DNA of 58,564 nucleotides, counting the filler, from Stramenopiles sp. TOSAG23-3 (taxonomy: Eukaryota), in assembly GCA_900128585.1 (NCBI GenBank). It is 6 parts of 6 records of this genome, joined end to end, with 100 filler letters (N's around TTAATTAATTAA, not from the genome) between each part and the next. Parts side by side here need not be neighbours in the genome. Positions count along the whole stretch, not along the records: positions 3,681 to 17,354 come from LT642616.1; positions 17,455 to 31,121 come from LT642617.1; 4 more parts are not named here. One strand, 5' to 3'. The position numbers and the translations under genes were made by a program. The notes beneath the pieces were generated by a model. It had not been told where the DNA came from. It saw only the letters and a program-made list of their open reading frames with translations, and did no database searches. Of the stretch, positions 10,191-21,624 are shown one piece after another. Position 1 is the stretch's first letter. The number at the start of each line of letters is the position of its first letter.

Positions 10191-12602
10191 ATGTCTGCAT
10201 TAGACAAATGGCGCATGCTTAAAAATAGGCGCAAGTCTATTTTATCTGCTGGCGTACGAGAGGAAAAACCAGCAGAGTCCTCTAGTACTACACCGGGGGT
10301 GACAGACGATGCAAACGACGCAGGCGTACCGACGAAAAGAGAGCCGCAAGCATCAAGCGTGAACATCGAAACCGGGAATAGCGCCGGGGAGTCTCAGGGC
10401 GCTAGCAAAGCGAGCAGATGGCGCAAGATCCGTGCTTCTGTATATGACAAAGACGCCCCTTTGAACGCCCCAGGCACGCCAGAACACGCAAAAGAAGAGA
10501 TGGAAGCAGTAAACTATCTTAGCAAGCAGTTGGAAGAAACTAGGAAAATTAACGAGGTTCTTACAGACGAGAAAAATGAATTAATTGGAGCTATAGAAGA
10601 GATAGAACACTCCACTATTTCACAGCTGCGGAAAGTTTTCGAGTCCATAGACACAGACAACAGCGGAGAAATAGACATGGGTGAATTCAAGGTCGCTATG
10701 AGAGAGGATAGTTCCGTTCGGGAATTTTTTGGATTAACAAACAGCATGAAGGATGCCGAGGAATTTTTTGAAAAAATGTTTGTAGCAATGGACGCTGATG
10801 ATGATAAATCCATTACGTTTTTAGAGTTCGAACAACATATCGCTCGTATGGCGCTGAACAGTATGATAGATATGCGCGAAGAGTTTGAGGATGAAAAACA
10901 TGAAATGCGAATGAAAATGGCCGAAGAGATGCAAGTGGCAGTGTCCGAAGAAGCGCAAAAAGTGACGGAAAACTATAGCAAATATGCTGCAAAAGCGGTA
11001 TCAAAGGCTCAGAAGAAAGCAGAAAGACTTGACCGAAAGTTACAGGCCGCAAACGAAGTGGTAGCTACACAGAAGGAGAAAATTGAAAAGCTAATGGAGG
11101 AATTGAAACGCCAGCAAGACCGTGAAAGTAAATTGCCCCCAAAGAGTAACGTGCAACGTATGTATGAAGATTTAATGTCAGTCAGACCTGATGGAGTCTT
11201 GAGCGAAGTTAGCATCTTTCAGAAACTTCTTGACGATAGCACGAAAGGGAGTTACTTTGGGTTAGGACCTCCCAAGATTAACAAAGTTTGGAAAAGTGTT
11301 TTGGATGGAAGATTGAAGGTTACTCCAATAGTTTCCTTGTCTGAGTTTGAAAACTTTGTATGCTCCTTGACCGGTAATTTTGTAATGTATATTCAGAGGT
11401 TGCAGGAACAAAAAACGACGATTCAAAATTCTGCGAAGCGATTAGAGACAAAAAGCAAAAAAGAGACGAAACAATTAGAATTGGAGCTTACGCAATCTCA
11501 AGAATTGGTAAAAGAGTACAAAGAGCTAATTGATGATCTCGAAAAAAGTGAAAAACGGGCAAAAGAAGTGCACAAAAAGGCGAAAATCAAGCACCAGGAT
11601 GCCGAGGAAAAATGGCAAGAGTCGATCAATAAATTAAAGCACCAGCATGCGGCAGTGTTGCAGTCTACGGACGAGAAAATTGCCGAGCTTAAAGCATCAA
11701 AAGGAACCGGGGGAACAGAGTCGAGTGGTAGAGAGCCCAATGCACCCAGCAGCTCGGCAGGGCTGCACCATCATATACCAGACTTTATGTCAAAAATGAA
11801 CGATGTGTTGGAAAGATTACACCAGGAGAAGGCCATTGCTGCGTTACTAAAAGAAAGGTTGAGGGCGTCGCAGCAAAAGTGTGCAAAACATCAAAATGAC
11901 TGCCATGAGCTTCGAGCCAGATTGCGCGACAATGAAGATAATCATATGTCCGGTAAAAATGACGTGGAAATGGAGTCCAGAATAAACCTTATTTTGCAAA
12001 AGGCCGGTACACTGATGAACGAAAGAGCAGAAACAGGGGACATTGAAGAAAGCAGGTTTAGAATGGAAGCCTTAATTTTTCAGTTTGACAAATGTGCAAG
12101 ATCTCTGCACGATACTCACGATGAAACCACCCGCCATTTAGTGTTCGTACGGTCTCGCCTGGAACGTCTGCTTGAAAAACTGGAGGGCCCAGACCCACAA
12201 ACGATTCGGTCTCCACACATAACTGGGTATACCCCTGGAACACCCCGCGATCATAGAAGCCCTCGCGCCGGACTAGACAAAACAGATCTATCGGTACACC
12301 ATGGTTCACAACCGCACACACTGCTTCAGCTGGCTACAAGTAATATCGGGGCAGCCATCCACTCTGTGACAAAGGGCAGGAGTGATATCTCAGACGACAG
12401 TGAATACGACCACGACCATCATGTGGCTAAACAATCGTTAACAAAGTCCCTTGCAAGTATGTCTACTTTAGTCAGTCGCCTTCATGCGGCGAAAAAGGGA
12501 AACCAAGAAGAAACGAGTGCTGGTTCCAAGCATTTAGAACAATTCATGTCCTCTCCTGTGTCCGATGATGGCGGGGCGATGCGAAATATGTCGTATACTT
12601 AA
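10191..12602 (+). CDS. EF-hand and coiled-coil protein
   Basis: EF-hand pair DTDNSGEIDMGE / DADDDKSITFLE followed by long heptad E/K-rich helices; 803 aa uninterrupted ORF. Confidence 0.8.
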   Translation: MSALDKWRMLKNRRKSILSAGVREEKPAESSSTTPGVTDDANDAGVPTKREPQASSVNIETGNSAGESQGASKASRWRKIRASVYDKDAPLNAPGTPEHAKEEMEAVNYLSKQLEETRKINEVLTDEKNELIGAIEEIEHSTISQLRKVFESIDTDNSGEIDMGEFKVAMREDSSVREFFGLTNSMKDAEEFFEKMFVAMDADDDKSITFLEFEQHIARMALNSMIDMREEFEDEKHEMRMKMAEEMQVAVSEEAQKVTENYSKYAAKAVSKAQKKAERLDRKLQAANEVVATQKEKIEKLMEELKRQQDRESKLPPKSNVQRMYEDLMSVRPDGVLSEVSIFQKLLDDSTKGSYFGLGPPKINKVWKSVLDGRLKVTPIVSLSEFENFVCSLTGNFVMYIQRLQEQKTTIQNSAKRLETKSKKETKQLELELTQSQELVKEYKELIDDLEKSEKRAKEVHKKAKIKHQDAEEKWQESINKLKHQHAAVLQSTDEKIAELKASKGTGGTESSGREPNAPSSSAGLHHHIPDFMSKMNDVLERLHQEKAIAALLKERLRASQQKCAKHQNDCHELRARLRDNEDNHMSGKNDVEMESRINLILQKAGTLMNERAETGDIEESRFRMEALIFQFDKCARSLHDTHDETTRHLVFVRSRLERLLEKLEGPDPQTIRSPHITGYTPGTPRDHRSPRAGLDKTDLSVHHGSQPHTLLQLATSNIGAAIHSVTKGRSDISDDSEYDHDHHVAKQSLTKSLASMSTLVSRLHAAKKGNQEETSAGSKHLEQFMSSPVSDDGGAMRNMSYT

Positions 12603-12631
12603 AAGAACTGATTCAGTTCAGTAAATTTATC

Positions 12632-12910
12632 TTAAAAACAAGAAAATTGGCTGTTATTTAAGTATAAACACAAGAAAATTGGCTGTTATTTAAGTAATTA
12701 AAATTAATGTACCGCGAACTGAAATCTAGATTTAGACATTTTAGGTTTGCATTCCATCAATAAACTGCGAACTTAACTATCATTCTCAGATGTACTCCAT
12801 TGATGATCTGAATCAGTAGATGGATTAACACTGCTTTCAAATGAACTGAGAAAAGATTAATATTGCATTTTATTAAGATTTGAAAATAACAGCCAATTTT
12901 CTTGTTTTAA
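12632..12910. repeat. Intergenic repeat family: inverted pair of core motifs with TTAA ends enclosing a module A copy (MITE-like arrangement)
   Basis: TTAAAAACAAGAAAATTGGCTGTTATTT (12632) and AAATAACAGCCAATTTTCTTGTTTTAA (to 12910) are near-perfect reverse complements. An extra tandem core lies at about 12670. Confidence 0.7.
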
Positions 12911-13098
12911 AATAACAGCCCATTAATTTTGTTTTTACGAAGTAAGATTAGTGACAAGGGTATTTTATTGATTAGTAAAATCTCAGGAGCAGAGATAACT
13001 TCGCAGTATATATACAGCCAATTTTTTTGTTTTTTAAAGAATTTACGAAGGCGTCCGTCCGGTCTCCGGCCCTAATCTGAGCAAAAATCACCGATTGC

Positions 13099-15438
13099 TC
13101 AGAGAAATTCTCCATCATCATCACCACCGCCTTTACCGCTTTCGCCACCGCCATCATTGGCTACATAGCTTGATTCCGCTGTTTTAGAGTTGTCTTTTTC
13201 CAATTTCGCATCACTTGCTTCTCGTGTTTGTTTGCCTTTTCCAATTGCATTTGCTAAACTTTTCGGGTACATATATTGCCCTTCTTTGTTTTCGTCTGAA
13301 TCGATGCAAAAGGATATCATTATTGTATCAATACCCATATCATAGACGCCAAGAAAAACCCTGCCGATCAAGTATGCCAATAGTAGGACAAATATTATTG
13401 GCAAAATTTTGCTTACTAATTTGTTCTCCCCAGAGGCAAACGTTGCATCATTTTCGAGCCATAAATAAGCAAGAATACCACAGCCAGCAGTGATAACAAT
13501 TTTCCCAAGAATCATTACGAAGGTGGAAACAAAGCTTGTAACACCAATCGTTGCTATGTGCTTAGTAATCAGTTTGAATACAGAGTAGCAAGCAGGGCAA
13601 AACGATTTCCCTTGAGTTGCAATGATAATATAAGCACTTCGTGTGATGTATTTGACGCACTTTTCGAAACACCATAAGCAGCACCGAACACAGCAAAATA
13701 TGACCTTAACCAGCAAATTCTTTTTTTGGAGTTTTTGAGTTTTGTTGTTTAAGTAATTTAGAATCAGCCTGGCAAATTGAACGATAGCAATCAAGAGCGA
13801 GCCAAACGCAACGGATCCCAAGTGGTAGCGACACGTACGCTTAAAGGATGCCCAGACTGGATGTTTATCTTTCTGTATACGAGGATGGTACTCATGAGTA
13901 CAACCGCAACAACCCTTGCTTTTGACAGCTTCCGCCGAAGGGACAGTCCAGTACCATCCGGCAAATGCGCCGCAAATGGTCATCGTCGAAACTCCTTGTA
14001 TGAAATTCATCAACCACAAGCCGGCAAACACGTGCCATGCCATGAGCATATTTTTTAACTCGTTTGACTCGTATGACTTCAAGGAATCGGTTGCCGCAGT
14101 AGTATTCACTATAGAAAGTGCTTCTGGGGCCAGATCACTGGATGTCACGGTACCCAAAGTATACAGGTTTCCCATCACTATAACCCAAGCTATAAACGTC
14201 ACTAGGAGCACAGCCATGGTGTTGACTGGAAACAATATTATAAGGGGCATAGATGCAACCGCTTTCGATGCCTCCGATATAATTGCTGATGCAAGAGATA
14301 TTTTGCGCCAAAGGAATACGATGACTAGCAGAAAGACCAAAGTGACGAAGCTCCCAAAGTATGCCGCCCAGAGGTAGCTATCTTGATTAGACTTGTTTGC
14401 ATTTGTCAAAGCAGCTTGCACTGTTGGGTCGCCCCCAGTCACGTCAACCCCCCCCGTTATATCCGAAGCGGCGACCATACCAGCCTTGACATAACAAATT
14501 AGAGTAACGATAACAGATGTCAACAAGGAACCCAAGACCGTAAACCAGACGATGAACTTTGCTGTGTATCTCATCAGAACAAGAAAAAGGACACCTAGGG
14601 CTACTGACCCCCCAGCCCCGACAACAAAAATAGGTATTTTGGCTTTGTCGACATCCCCAAAGGCTCGGACCGCCATCGCACTTGCGTCTGCAATTTGCTT
14701 CGCGATAAGGTCAGGCTTGTTCGGGGCAACAGAATTCAACGTTGTTGTATTTGAAACAACTTTTGCACATTTTGGGTCATTCCAAGCAACATTCGTTGGG
14801 TCCGCACATAATTTAATTTCTATTTTGTCACCGGCAGGGTATTGGTTGATACAGCGAAAAAGCATATTTAGTGTGTCGAAATTTTGATGGTAACATTCAG
14901 CCATGAGACCCGCACAGTCAGAGTTCTCAGAAGGGTAAGAGTACCCTGCACCGAAAGCACCGCCACCCGAAAGTCGGCGGCATGTATTCAAGTAAGTTCT
15001 CTGGTTCTCAACATCACCTTTGGCTTTCATGTCGTTTTTTCCCTTTTCTGTGCACACCCACGTGTCTTTCTTTGGGCATTCCTTGACACATATCCCAAAG
15101 AACTTGTATTTGTCGAAATCTGTTGTTGGGTTAAGACCAATTTGTTTGATCATGTCTTCTTGAAGACGAGGGTAAACAATATATTTGCTTTCGGTCATAT
15201 CGACTTTCGCCCCGTTGTTATTCATGGAACCGCAAGTGTTTCCCGTCGAGTCGGTGCCATAGTATAACGATTCGATGTTTCCCTGCGAGAGTCCAAGGAA
15301 CCCTATCACGACGGTGATCAGCAGAAATACGATGAAAGCAAGGCAAAATAAGATATCGGTGCAGCCCCGATCTCTTTTTATATCCTTCATACCTTCCTCA
15401 GGTTCTTTCCCGCACTTGCAAAGTTTTTTACAGGCCAT
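13099..15438 (-). CDS. CTL: Choline transporter-like protein (SLC44/CTL family)
   Basis: RGCTDILFCLAF, YGTDSTGNTCG, CVKECP, RYHLGSVAFGSLLIAIVQ, CCLWCFEKCVKYITRSAYI and YDMGIDTIMISFCID; about 10 TM segments. Confidence 0.93.
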   Translation of the reverse strand: MACKKLCKCGKEPEEGMKDIKRDRGCTDILFCLAFIVFLLITVVIGFLGLSQGNIESLYYGTDSTGNTCGSMNNNGAKVDMTESKYIVYPRLQEDMIKQIGLNPTTDFDKYKFFGICVKECPKKDTWVCTEKGKNDMKAKGDVENQRTYLNTCRRLSGGGAFGAGYSYPSENSDCAGLMAECYHQNFDTLNMLFRCINQYPAGDKIEIKLCADPTNVAWNDPKCAKVVSNTTTLNSVAPNKPDLIAKQIADASAMAVRAFGDVDKAKIPIFVVGAGGSVALGVLFLVLMRYTAKFIVWFTVLGSLLTSVIVTLICYVKAGMVAASDITGGVDVTGGDPTVQAALTNANKSNQDSYLWAAYFGSFVTLVFLLVIVFLWRKISLASAIISEASKAVASMPLIILFPVNTMAVLLVTFIAWVIVMGNLYTLGTVTSSDLAPEALSIVNTTAATDSLKSYESNELKNMLMAWHVFAGLWLMNFIQGVSTMTICGAFAGWYWTVPSAEAVKSKGCCGCTHEYHPRIQKDKHPVWASFKRTCRYHLGSVAFGSLLIAIVQFARLILNYLNNKTQKLQKKNLLVKVIFCCVRCCLWCFEKCVKYITRSAYIIIATQGKSFCPACYSVFKLITKHIATIGVTSFVSTFVMILGKIVITAGCGILAYLWLENDATFASGENKLVSKILPIIFVLLLAYLIGRVFLGVYDMGIDTIMISFCIDSDENKEGQYMYPKSLANAIGKGKQTREASDAKLEKDNSKTAESSYVANDGGGESGKGGGDDDGEFL

Positions 15439-16472
15439 ATTGTTTCTGGTAGCAGCAGTGGTTGGTGTTTTACACGAGTAAGTGGTCGAAAATAGTTAAC
15501 TTTAAGAATGTGGTTTAAATTCGTTTTTAATCACTTCTCCTTTCTATAAAAATGTTTCACAAATCATCCGAATTCAGCTGCTTTCTTTGGTAATACTTGC
15601 AGCGCAACAAACGATGATGACTGCTAGAAGCTCAGGCGGGGGGGGGGGTGTGGTGTGCCTTGTCTTAATTTCTGTTAACAACAACAACCGTAATAATAAA
15701 ATGAAAAATTCATTATTCGTCTTAGCTACAGGAAATAGTATTAAGTAAGATAAGTACGACCGAATGACTACCGGTAACAAAGAACACAGAGTTGGTGGTC
15801 ATACTGGCCTAATCGATAACGTTATTCAGTGTTAATAATAAAAACAAGCACAATTTTTGTAACTGTTTTTTTTTGACGAACATTAGCCTTTAGCTCTATT
15901 TGGCCAATCGCATCAAACGGACACAAAAAAATACTTAATTTTGGAGGAGAGGAGGAGTTCTTTCCTTTCTCTTGCTTGTTTTTCAGTTATTAGTATGTAA
16001 TACAGTATTAGAAATAATACATACGTAGACTCCTCGTATTCTATCAAGTTCAAGCGGTTCGAGGGAAGGTGAAAACACGTTTTTCAATGATCCTGGATCC
16101 TGGTGGTCCTACGTAATGAAGTTATTAAATTAAATAATATACTACATTTCAAATAATTATTAGACGACTAGTCTCTCTCGCAGTGTAATTCAAAACGTAC
16201 TCACTCAATAACTATGTCACATTTTATTATTATTTCATCATTGCATTGCATCGACTGACTTGCTTGTAATAAATAATATATACGAAGAAGAAGAACCCAA
16301 ACCTCGTTCAACAAAAAAAGTGTGTAAGAGACACACTCCCCTCCCCACTAGTACCGTTTCTTTTTAATTTATACTTCAAGCGATTAGTAGCAATTTTAGT
16401 ACCTGCCGCTTAAATATGTTTAGCACTTCTTCGTTGACACTTGCTTAGTATACTCTTTATTAAGTATTTTCA

Positions 16473-17354
16473 ATGACAAGAAAACGGAGGAAGGGCAAGA
16501 AGCCGCAGCAGAAAACGAAACGGGACGAAAAACAAAAGAAACCGCTCTTCAGTACGTCGCACGCACGGAGCAAGTACTTTAGTGTTGGGTGGATTTTTAA
16601 TGTGGTCTTTTCTCTTGCCTGCCTCCATAAATTTGTTGTGTATACCGGTGTGTCTGCTGGGATGAGAACAAGTTTCTCTTTGCTTCCTGTACTTTTCCTT
16701 TTGTGGGTAATTAAGACGCACTCAAAGGCAAGAATGGCTTACCCAGTTTTTGTACGTTTGGGACTAACGATGACACTTTTTGGAGAAGGCATAGGATACT
16801 GTTTAGAACAAGGAGAAAGCAACCCAATCTGGGTGCATAGCATTTCCCTCTGCCACACTATGTCAATATTTTTGCTTGCAGGAGCCCTGATTATGAAATA
16901 CGCAAACCTTCGCCTAGTATGCCACACGTATTTCCAGGAAATTAAAGATACGCATGATATTTACTCTGTTGTTCGGTACACAATGGTGCTCATTTTCATA
17001 ACGTTGATGTTCCTGGGAAGTGTGCCTGTAGGCCATGTTTTCAACACATTGTCTTCATTTGTGCTGGTAGCTTACTCAAATCTTGTGAGGGACACGGAAA
17101 ATAAAATACGCAGTAAACTGCAAAGTGAAAAATTGACTGACGAGACAGAACATGTATTGAAAAACCTACCCCCCTCTATTTCGTATTATTTTCTTGGTGG
17201 CATTTTAGTCTTTACAAATGACTATTGTTTACCAATTTGTTATAGGATAATGGCAAGCAGGTGGCCTCCAATTATTATTCCTCAAATGTCACTAGTTCGA
17301 GCAGGGATGAACATTGCCGTCATGACCCTTTTTGCAGTTTCTGCGGTGCACGAG
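16473..17354 (+). CDS. Multi-pass membrane protein, weak YhhN/TMEM86-like resemblance (3' truncated)
   Basis: Basic N-terminus and about 7-8 hydrophobic segments. LGLTMTLFGEG and LGGILVFTND loosely resemble the YhhN GL..S..GD and GA.LF..SD motifs. The family call is weak. Confidence 0.5.
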
Positions 17355-17454
17355 NNNNNNNNNNNNNNNNNNNNNNNNNNNNNNNNNNNNNNNNNNNNTT
17401 AATTAATTAANNNNNNNNNNNNNNNNNNNNNNNNNNNNNNNNNNNNNNNNNNNN
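17355..17454. other. Artificial contig linker
   Basis: 44N-TTAATTAATTAA-44N. Confidence 0.97.
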
Positions 17455-17455
17455 T

Positions 17456-18541
17456 GGAAGTGGAAAATGGGCAAAAGGGTTGGAAAAATGGGCAAAGTAC
17501 AAGGATGTTGCCAAGCCCGACCTGTCGACAGTCGCACGCCTCATTCTGCCCCAGGGAGCAACAGACCTAGGAAAAGAAGTGGCAACAGTGAAGCTCACAA
17601 AAGAGCGCGATGAGTACGGAAAATTCCAGGTCGACAATTTGAGCCATATTGTTGTTGAACGTGGTGAAAGGGTAAGCAAAGTAGAAGGGAAAGAATGGGT
17701 GTCCCTGTGCGTGGAAAGCTCAAAGCTTGAGGCAACGCGGTCAAAGTTGCTTCAATGGGGCCTGAATGAACTGGTGGGGCAGTGCAAGGGACCAGTCGTG
17801 TATGGTGGCTACCCAGCATTCACGGACTATTTGGTCCAACATTGTGGGGGTGAAGAAAGGCCCGCCAGGCCGTTGCAAACAACGAACAGTGATGGTGCGG
17901 AAGGAGGCGGGGCAACCTTGGCACGGAAGCGTTCGTGCACAACCGGCAAACCAGGGATTCGAATTCTGATTGCGACGAGTTCTCCAAGTAAAGTAAGGGC
18001 CGTGGAATTGGCAGCAAGGGAGGTATTCGCTGGTGAAACTGTGGTATGCACAAGTGCGCAAGGGGTAGTTAGCAGCGTGTCGGAGCAGCCAATTGGGAAT
18101 TGTGAAACGCTCACGGGGGCTTTGAACCGCATTGAGTCTGCGAAACAGCAGAAATGTCAAGAGGAAGGCCGCTATGACTTTGTCGTTGGCATTGAGTCGG
18201 GACTAGTGCAGTGCAAAGAGGCTCACAACGTCGTGCCCGAAAAGCCTTGGTTCGACATTGCCTGGGTTGTTGTTGAACATGTAAAAACAAAAGTGAGAGT
18301 GTCCACCCCATCTATGGGTATCATTTTCCCCACCGACTACGTGATGAAATCAGAGGGCACAGGGTTCAGGCAAACGGCTGGGGACTTTATGGCGGGTGAC
18401 AACCTTGTGGCAGATCCAAAAGACCCCCACGAGTCACTCTGTGGAAAGAAACGCGCTTTGATTTTGAAGGATGCCGTTCACGTTGCATTGGTGCAGCTCC
18501 ACAAAAAAACCCACCACCACCACCACCATCATCACCACTAA
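17456..18541 (+). CDS. YjjX/DUF84-type inosine-xanthosine NTPase fused to an N-terminal, possibly CYTH-like domain; ends in His8 (5' truncated)
   Basis: ILIATSSPSKVRAV, SSVSEQPIGNCETLTGALNR and FVVGIESGL match YjjX motifs. The frame is open to the contig start (GSGKWAKGLEKW...). Confidence 0.8.
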   Translation, partial: GSGKWAKGLEKWAKYKDVAKPDLSTVARLILPQGATDLGKEVATVKLTKERDEYGKFQVDNLSHIVVERGERVSKVEGKEWVSLCVESSKLEATRSKLLQWGLNELVGQCKGPVVYGGYPAFTDYLVQHCGGEERPARPLQTTNSDGAEGGGATLARKRSCTTGKPGIRILIATSSPSKVRAVELAAREVFAGETVVCTSAQGVVSSVSEQPIGNCETLTGALNRIESAKQQKCQEEGRYDFVVGIESGLVQCKEAHNVVPEKPWFDIAWVVVEHVKTKVRVSTPSMGIIFPTDYVMKSEGTGFRQTAGDFMAGDNLVADPKDPHESLCGKKRALILKDAVHVALVQLHKKTHHHHHHHHH

Positions 18542-18932
18542 TTTGAAATTAACAAAACTTATAATGTACCTGTACCAAGGTACTGACTGGTACATTATAA
18601 TGTATAAATTATTTTTTATTTATACTCATAACCAGGATTTATAAAAAAAAAAAAAAAATATTAAAAAAAAAATGGGAGGAGGACTGACCTCGGCGGCCCT
18701 CGGCGGACGTATTTACGGTAAAGTGGTAAAGTTAGTAGTAGTCGTCGCTCCGCGTTTTCACAATTGCATCATTTATAATGTACAAAAGAAGTTTATTTCT
18801 AATATACATAGTTATTTTATAGGATAAAAAAGTAATTCATAAAATTTATAAGGAAAGTTTTTAGATTTATTTTTGACCAGCGATTTTTTCACCATCAGTA
18901 ACTTCTCGATCATACTCACACACAGTAGTGTC

Positions 18933-20051
18933 ATGTTTTTGTGTCGTCGTATTCGTATTGGGACGACGCCGCGGTGGTGGGCGGACGATACGGTTTTCAG
19001 GCGCGGCGGGGCGGAGTCTTTTGGAAGAAGAGGGCGCGATTATTCCACAGCGTCCGTGTTGGTGGGGAGTAACGGTGATGGCTACGTGCCTTTATCGTAT
19101 CAGTACGTTACAAGCGACGCTGACGAAGATAGGGACGTTGTAAATAAGAATGCGAATGGGAAAAAGCTGTGCGTAATGGTCCACGGAATGCTCGGGCAAG
19201 GCAAGAACCTGCGAACGTTTGCCCGACGAATCGTGAGCAAGTACCCGGACCTGTTCGACGTTTTGCTGGTAGACTTGCGCGGGCATGGAAAGAGTCCAGC
19301 CGTGCCAGTAGAGGAAAGGGACGCGCCTGGTGGCAGGAACACCGTCCACGCGTGCGCGAAGGACGTTTTGGCCCTTTTTGATAGGATTGGGCGCCAGCCC
19401 GACGTCCTTATTGGGCATAGTTTTGGGGGGAAAGTTGCGCTTTCTGTTTTGGGGGAAATGGTGTCCCCGGACAACCAGGACGTGTACACGACGAACCCGA
19501 TCCTGCCCCGAACGTGGGTGTGGGACTCTGTTCCCTGCGAAGTGGCGCCATCGAACTATTCCAACTCAACACCGAGTGTATTCGAAGCCCTGCACAAGAT
19601 CAAAGAGCCGATTGAATCGAAAAAGCACGTTTTGGCCGAGTTCGAAAAGCACGACGTGCACAAGAACATTGCCATGTGGATGACGACAAACATGGTGCTT
19701 CACCCCACTGTTGCGCACAAGTACAACTGGGCATTTAACCTTCAATCCTGCGAGGAGCTGTACGATTCGTACTGCAAAACGGACCTGTTGGACATTTTTG
19801 ACAATTTTCCAGTCGTTGACGCCGCAACGGTGGGCGCCTCGGACGGGTCAGCGATAGTGAACTTTATCCGTGCAGGGCAGAACAAAATTTGGTCGGACGA
19901 GCTGATCGAGGCCTTGGAAACCATCCATGAAGACGCCTACGAAGGTCAGGTTGGCCTGCACATCATGGAAGACTTGGGGCATTGGATCCATTCAGAGGAC
20001 CCAGACCGGGTGTTTTCCCTTCTCGATGGCTGCACATTGTCGAAGTTTTGA
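18933..20051 (+). CDS. ABHD11: ABHD11-like alpha/beta hydrolase, probably mitochondrial
   Basis: HGMLGQGKN oxyanion motif, VDLRGHGKS, nucleophile GHSFGGKV and GHWIHSEDP; Arg-rich N-terminus. Confidence 0.8.
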   Translation: MFLCRRIRIGTTPRWWADDTVFRRGGAESFGRRGRDYSTASVLVGSNGDGYVPLSYQYVTSDADEDRDVVNKNANGKKLCVMVHGMLGQGKNLRTFARRIVSKYPDLFDVLLVDLRGHGKSPAVPVEERDAPGGRNTVHACAKDVLALFDRIGRQPDVLIGHSFGGKVALSVLGEMVSPDNQDVYTTNPILPRTWVWDSVPCEVAPSNYSNSTPSVFEALHKIKEPIESKKHVLAEFEKHDVHKNIAMWMTTNMVLHPTVAHKYNWAFNLQSCEELYDSYCKTDLLDIFDNFPVVDAATVGASDGSAIVNFIRAGQNKIWSDELIEALETIHEDAYEGQVGLHIMEDLGHWIHSEDPDRVFSLLDGCTLSKF

Positions 20052-20248
20052 GGGTGCGGGGAGGGAGAGCTAACATGGTAACGTAACGTAGGAAAGAGAA
20101 GCATACGCGTGGTTTTAGTGCAACTAGATGATACAAAAAAAAACACTGCAGCCTTTTACATCGAGCAAAATTGTGTCATTTTTTAACACACATTAACGTA
20201 TGATTTAGTTGTTAAAAATTGATACATATGATAAAAAAACCCATTTAA

Positions 20249-20306
20249 GGTTTAGGGTCTTGGAACTGAAATCGTAATTGATATAAAATGAGAGTCTTAA
20301 AGCATA
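20249..20306 (-). repeat. Intergenic repeat family, module C copy
   Basis: Its reverse complement (TATGCTTTAAGACTCTCATTTTATATCAATTACGATTTCAGTTCCAAGACCCTAAACC) closely matches 28838-28893. Confidence 0.8.
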
Positions 20307-20616
20307 AGATACTATAATAAATCATAAATATTAATTTGTTTTTTAATATCATAAGTATGCATAGTATTTATTATCTTACGACGAACTTTGTGTTTGACGA
20401 CGGAGTAATTACACTGACTACACCTGGCATAGTTCTGACGACTAAAAATTATAGTACAACATGTTGAGGCAAGTAAATTTAAAGTTTTTAAGTGCCTCTC
20501 GCACTACTTTTTTTCAATAAGAACTCTATACGAAGTTTTTATCACGAATTTTTTATTGGCATGTTCTTGTTCATCAGTCTGTTCTTGGGCTCTTCACCGT
20601 TCGTTCGTTCGTCCGC

Positions 20617-21252
20617 TCAACAGCAACTCCCTTTGCGCGCGCCCGGGCCGTCCATGCCGGCGGCGGACGAGTTGCCACTCAAAGAAATGTTCCCGCCGCT
20701 GTTTGCCGGCTTGGTAATGTTGTGGGTCAGAATGTTCTCGACCAACGATCGTGCGCACTCGGTGATGTTTGCGTTCGTTTTGGCGGACGTTTCGAACCAC
20801 CCGATAAAACCATTTTCCTTGCAAAACTTATCCAACTCTTCTTTATCCACCTGGGCAGTTTCAATGTCGCACTTGTTGGCACACAAAATAACTGGAAGGG
20901 GTTTCCCGTCCGGCAGTATCACTTTAGCGTCGATCTCTTTCTTCCACTTTGGTATGGTGTCAAACGTGGACGGCCGAGACATGTCGTAGACTAGCATGGC
21001 GCCAAGGGCGTCCTTGTAATAAACCCTGGCAATGGCGCCGAACCGATCTTGCCCTGCAATATCCCAAAGTTGGACATGTACTACAGTCTTGTCGACCACC
21101 AGCTGCTTTAATTGAAAATCGACGCCTATGGTGGTCTTATGGTGGCTAGAGAAGAGGTCCGACACGTACCGCTTGATAATACTCGTCTTTCCTGTCGCCG
21201 GGTCCCCAAGGACCAATACTTTCATAACACAATCACTATCTCCGTCTTGCAT
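20617..21252 (-). CDS. RAB32: Rab32/38-family small GTPase
   Basis: [15 protein letters not shown], the diagnostic WDIAGQ (I in place of T), NKCD, ETSAK and a C-terminal CC. Confidence 0.92.
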   Translation of the reverse strand: MQDGDSDCVMKVLVLGDPATGKTSIIKRYVSDLFSSHHKTTIGVDFQLKQLVVDKTVVHVQLWDIAGQDRFGAIARVYYKDALGAMLVYDMSRPSTFDTIPKWKKEIDAKVILPDGKPLPVILCANKCDIETAQVDKEELDKFCKENGFIGWFETSAKTNANITECARSLVENILTHNITKPANSGGNISLSGNSSAAGMDGPGARKGSCC

Positions 21253-21523
21253 GGTGGTGGTGGGTGGGGGAGTGTATAAGTGTGGGGTGGGTGGTTCGTA
21301 TTTGTGTATCTATACAACACACGCACTCTTCTCTCTAAATGTATATTTAAATAAACAAAACACTTATTAATCAACAGGGACCGTTTCTTATTTTAAGAAT
21401 ACAATCTTTCTGATTCAATTGGTGTAACTTTTCAATTAATAAACAAATTGTTTATTATCTATATATTGATTATTTGATCATCAAAAAACAATCCTTTTTA
21501 ATTAAATATATAAGAAAAACAAG

Positions 21524-21559
21524 AAAGAAGAGAAGAGAAAGAAAAAAGAAGAAGAAGAA

Positions 21560-21624
<65 letters not shown>

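Noticed and set aside
18513-18541. C-terminal His8 as a cloning tag or vector contamination
   Set aside because: Encoded by a CAC microsatellite followed by native AT-rich intergenic DNA with no vector sequence.
20251-20257. TTTAGGG/CCCTAAA units (also ~28885, ~29154) as telomeric repeats
   Set aside because: Single units embedded in the dispersed repeat modules, not arrays.
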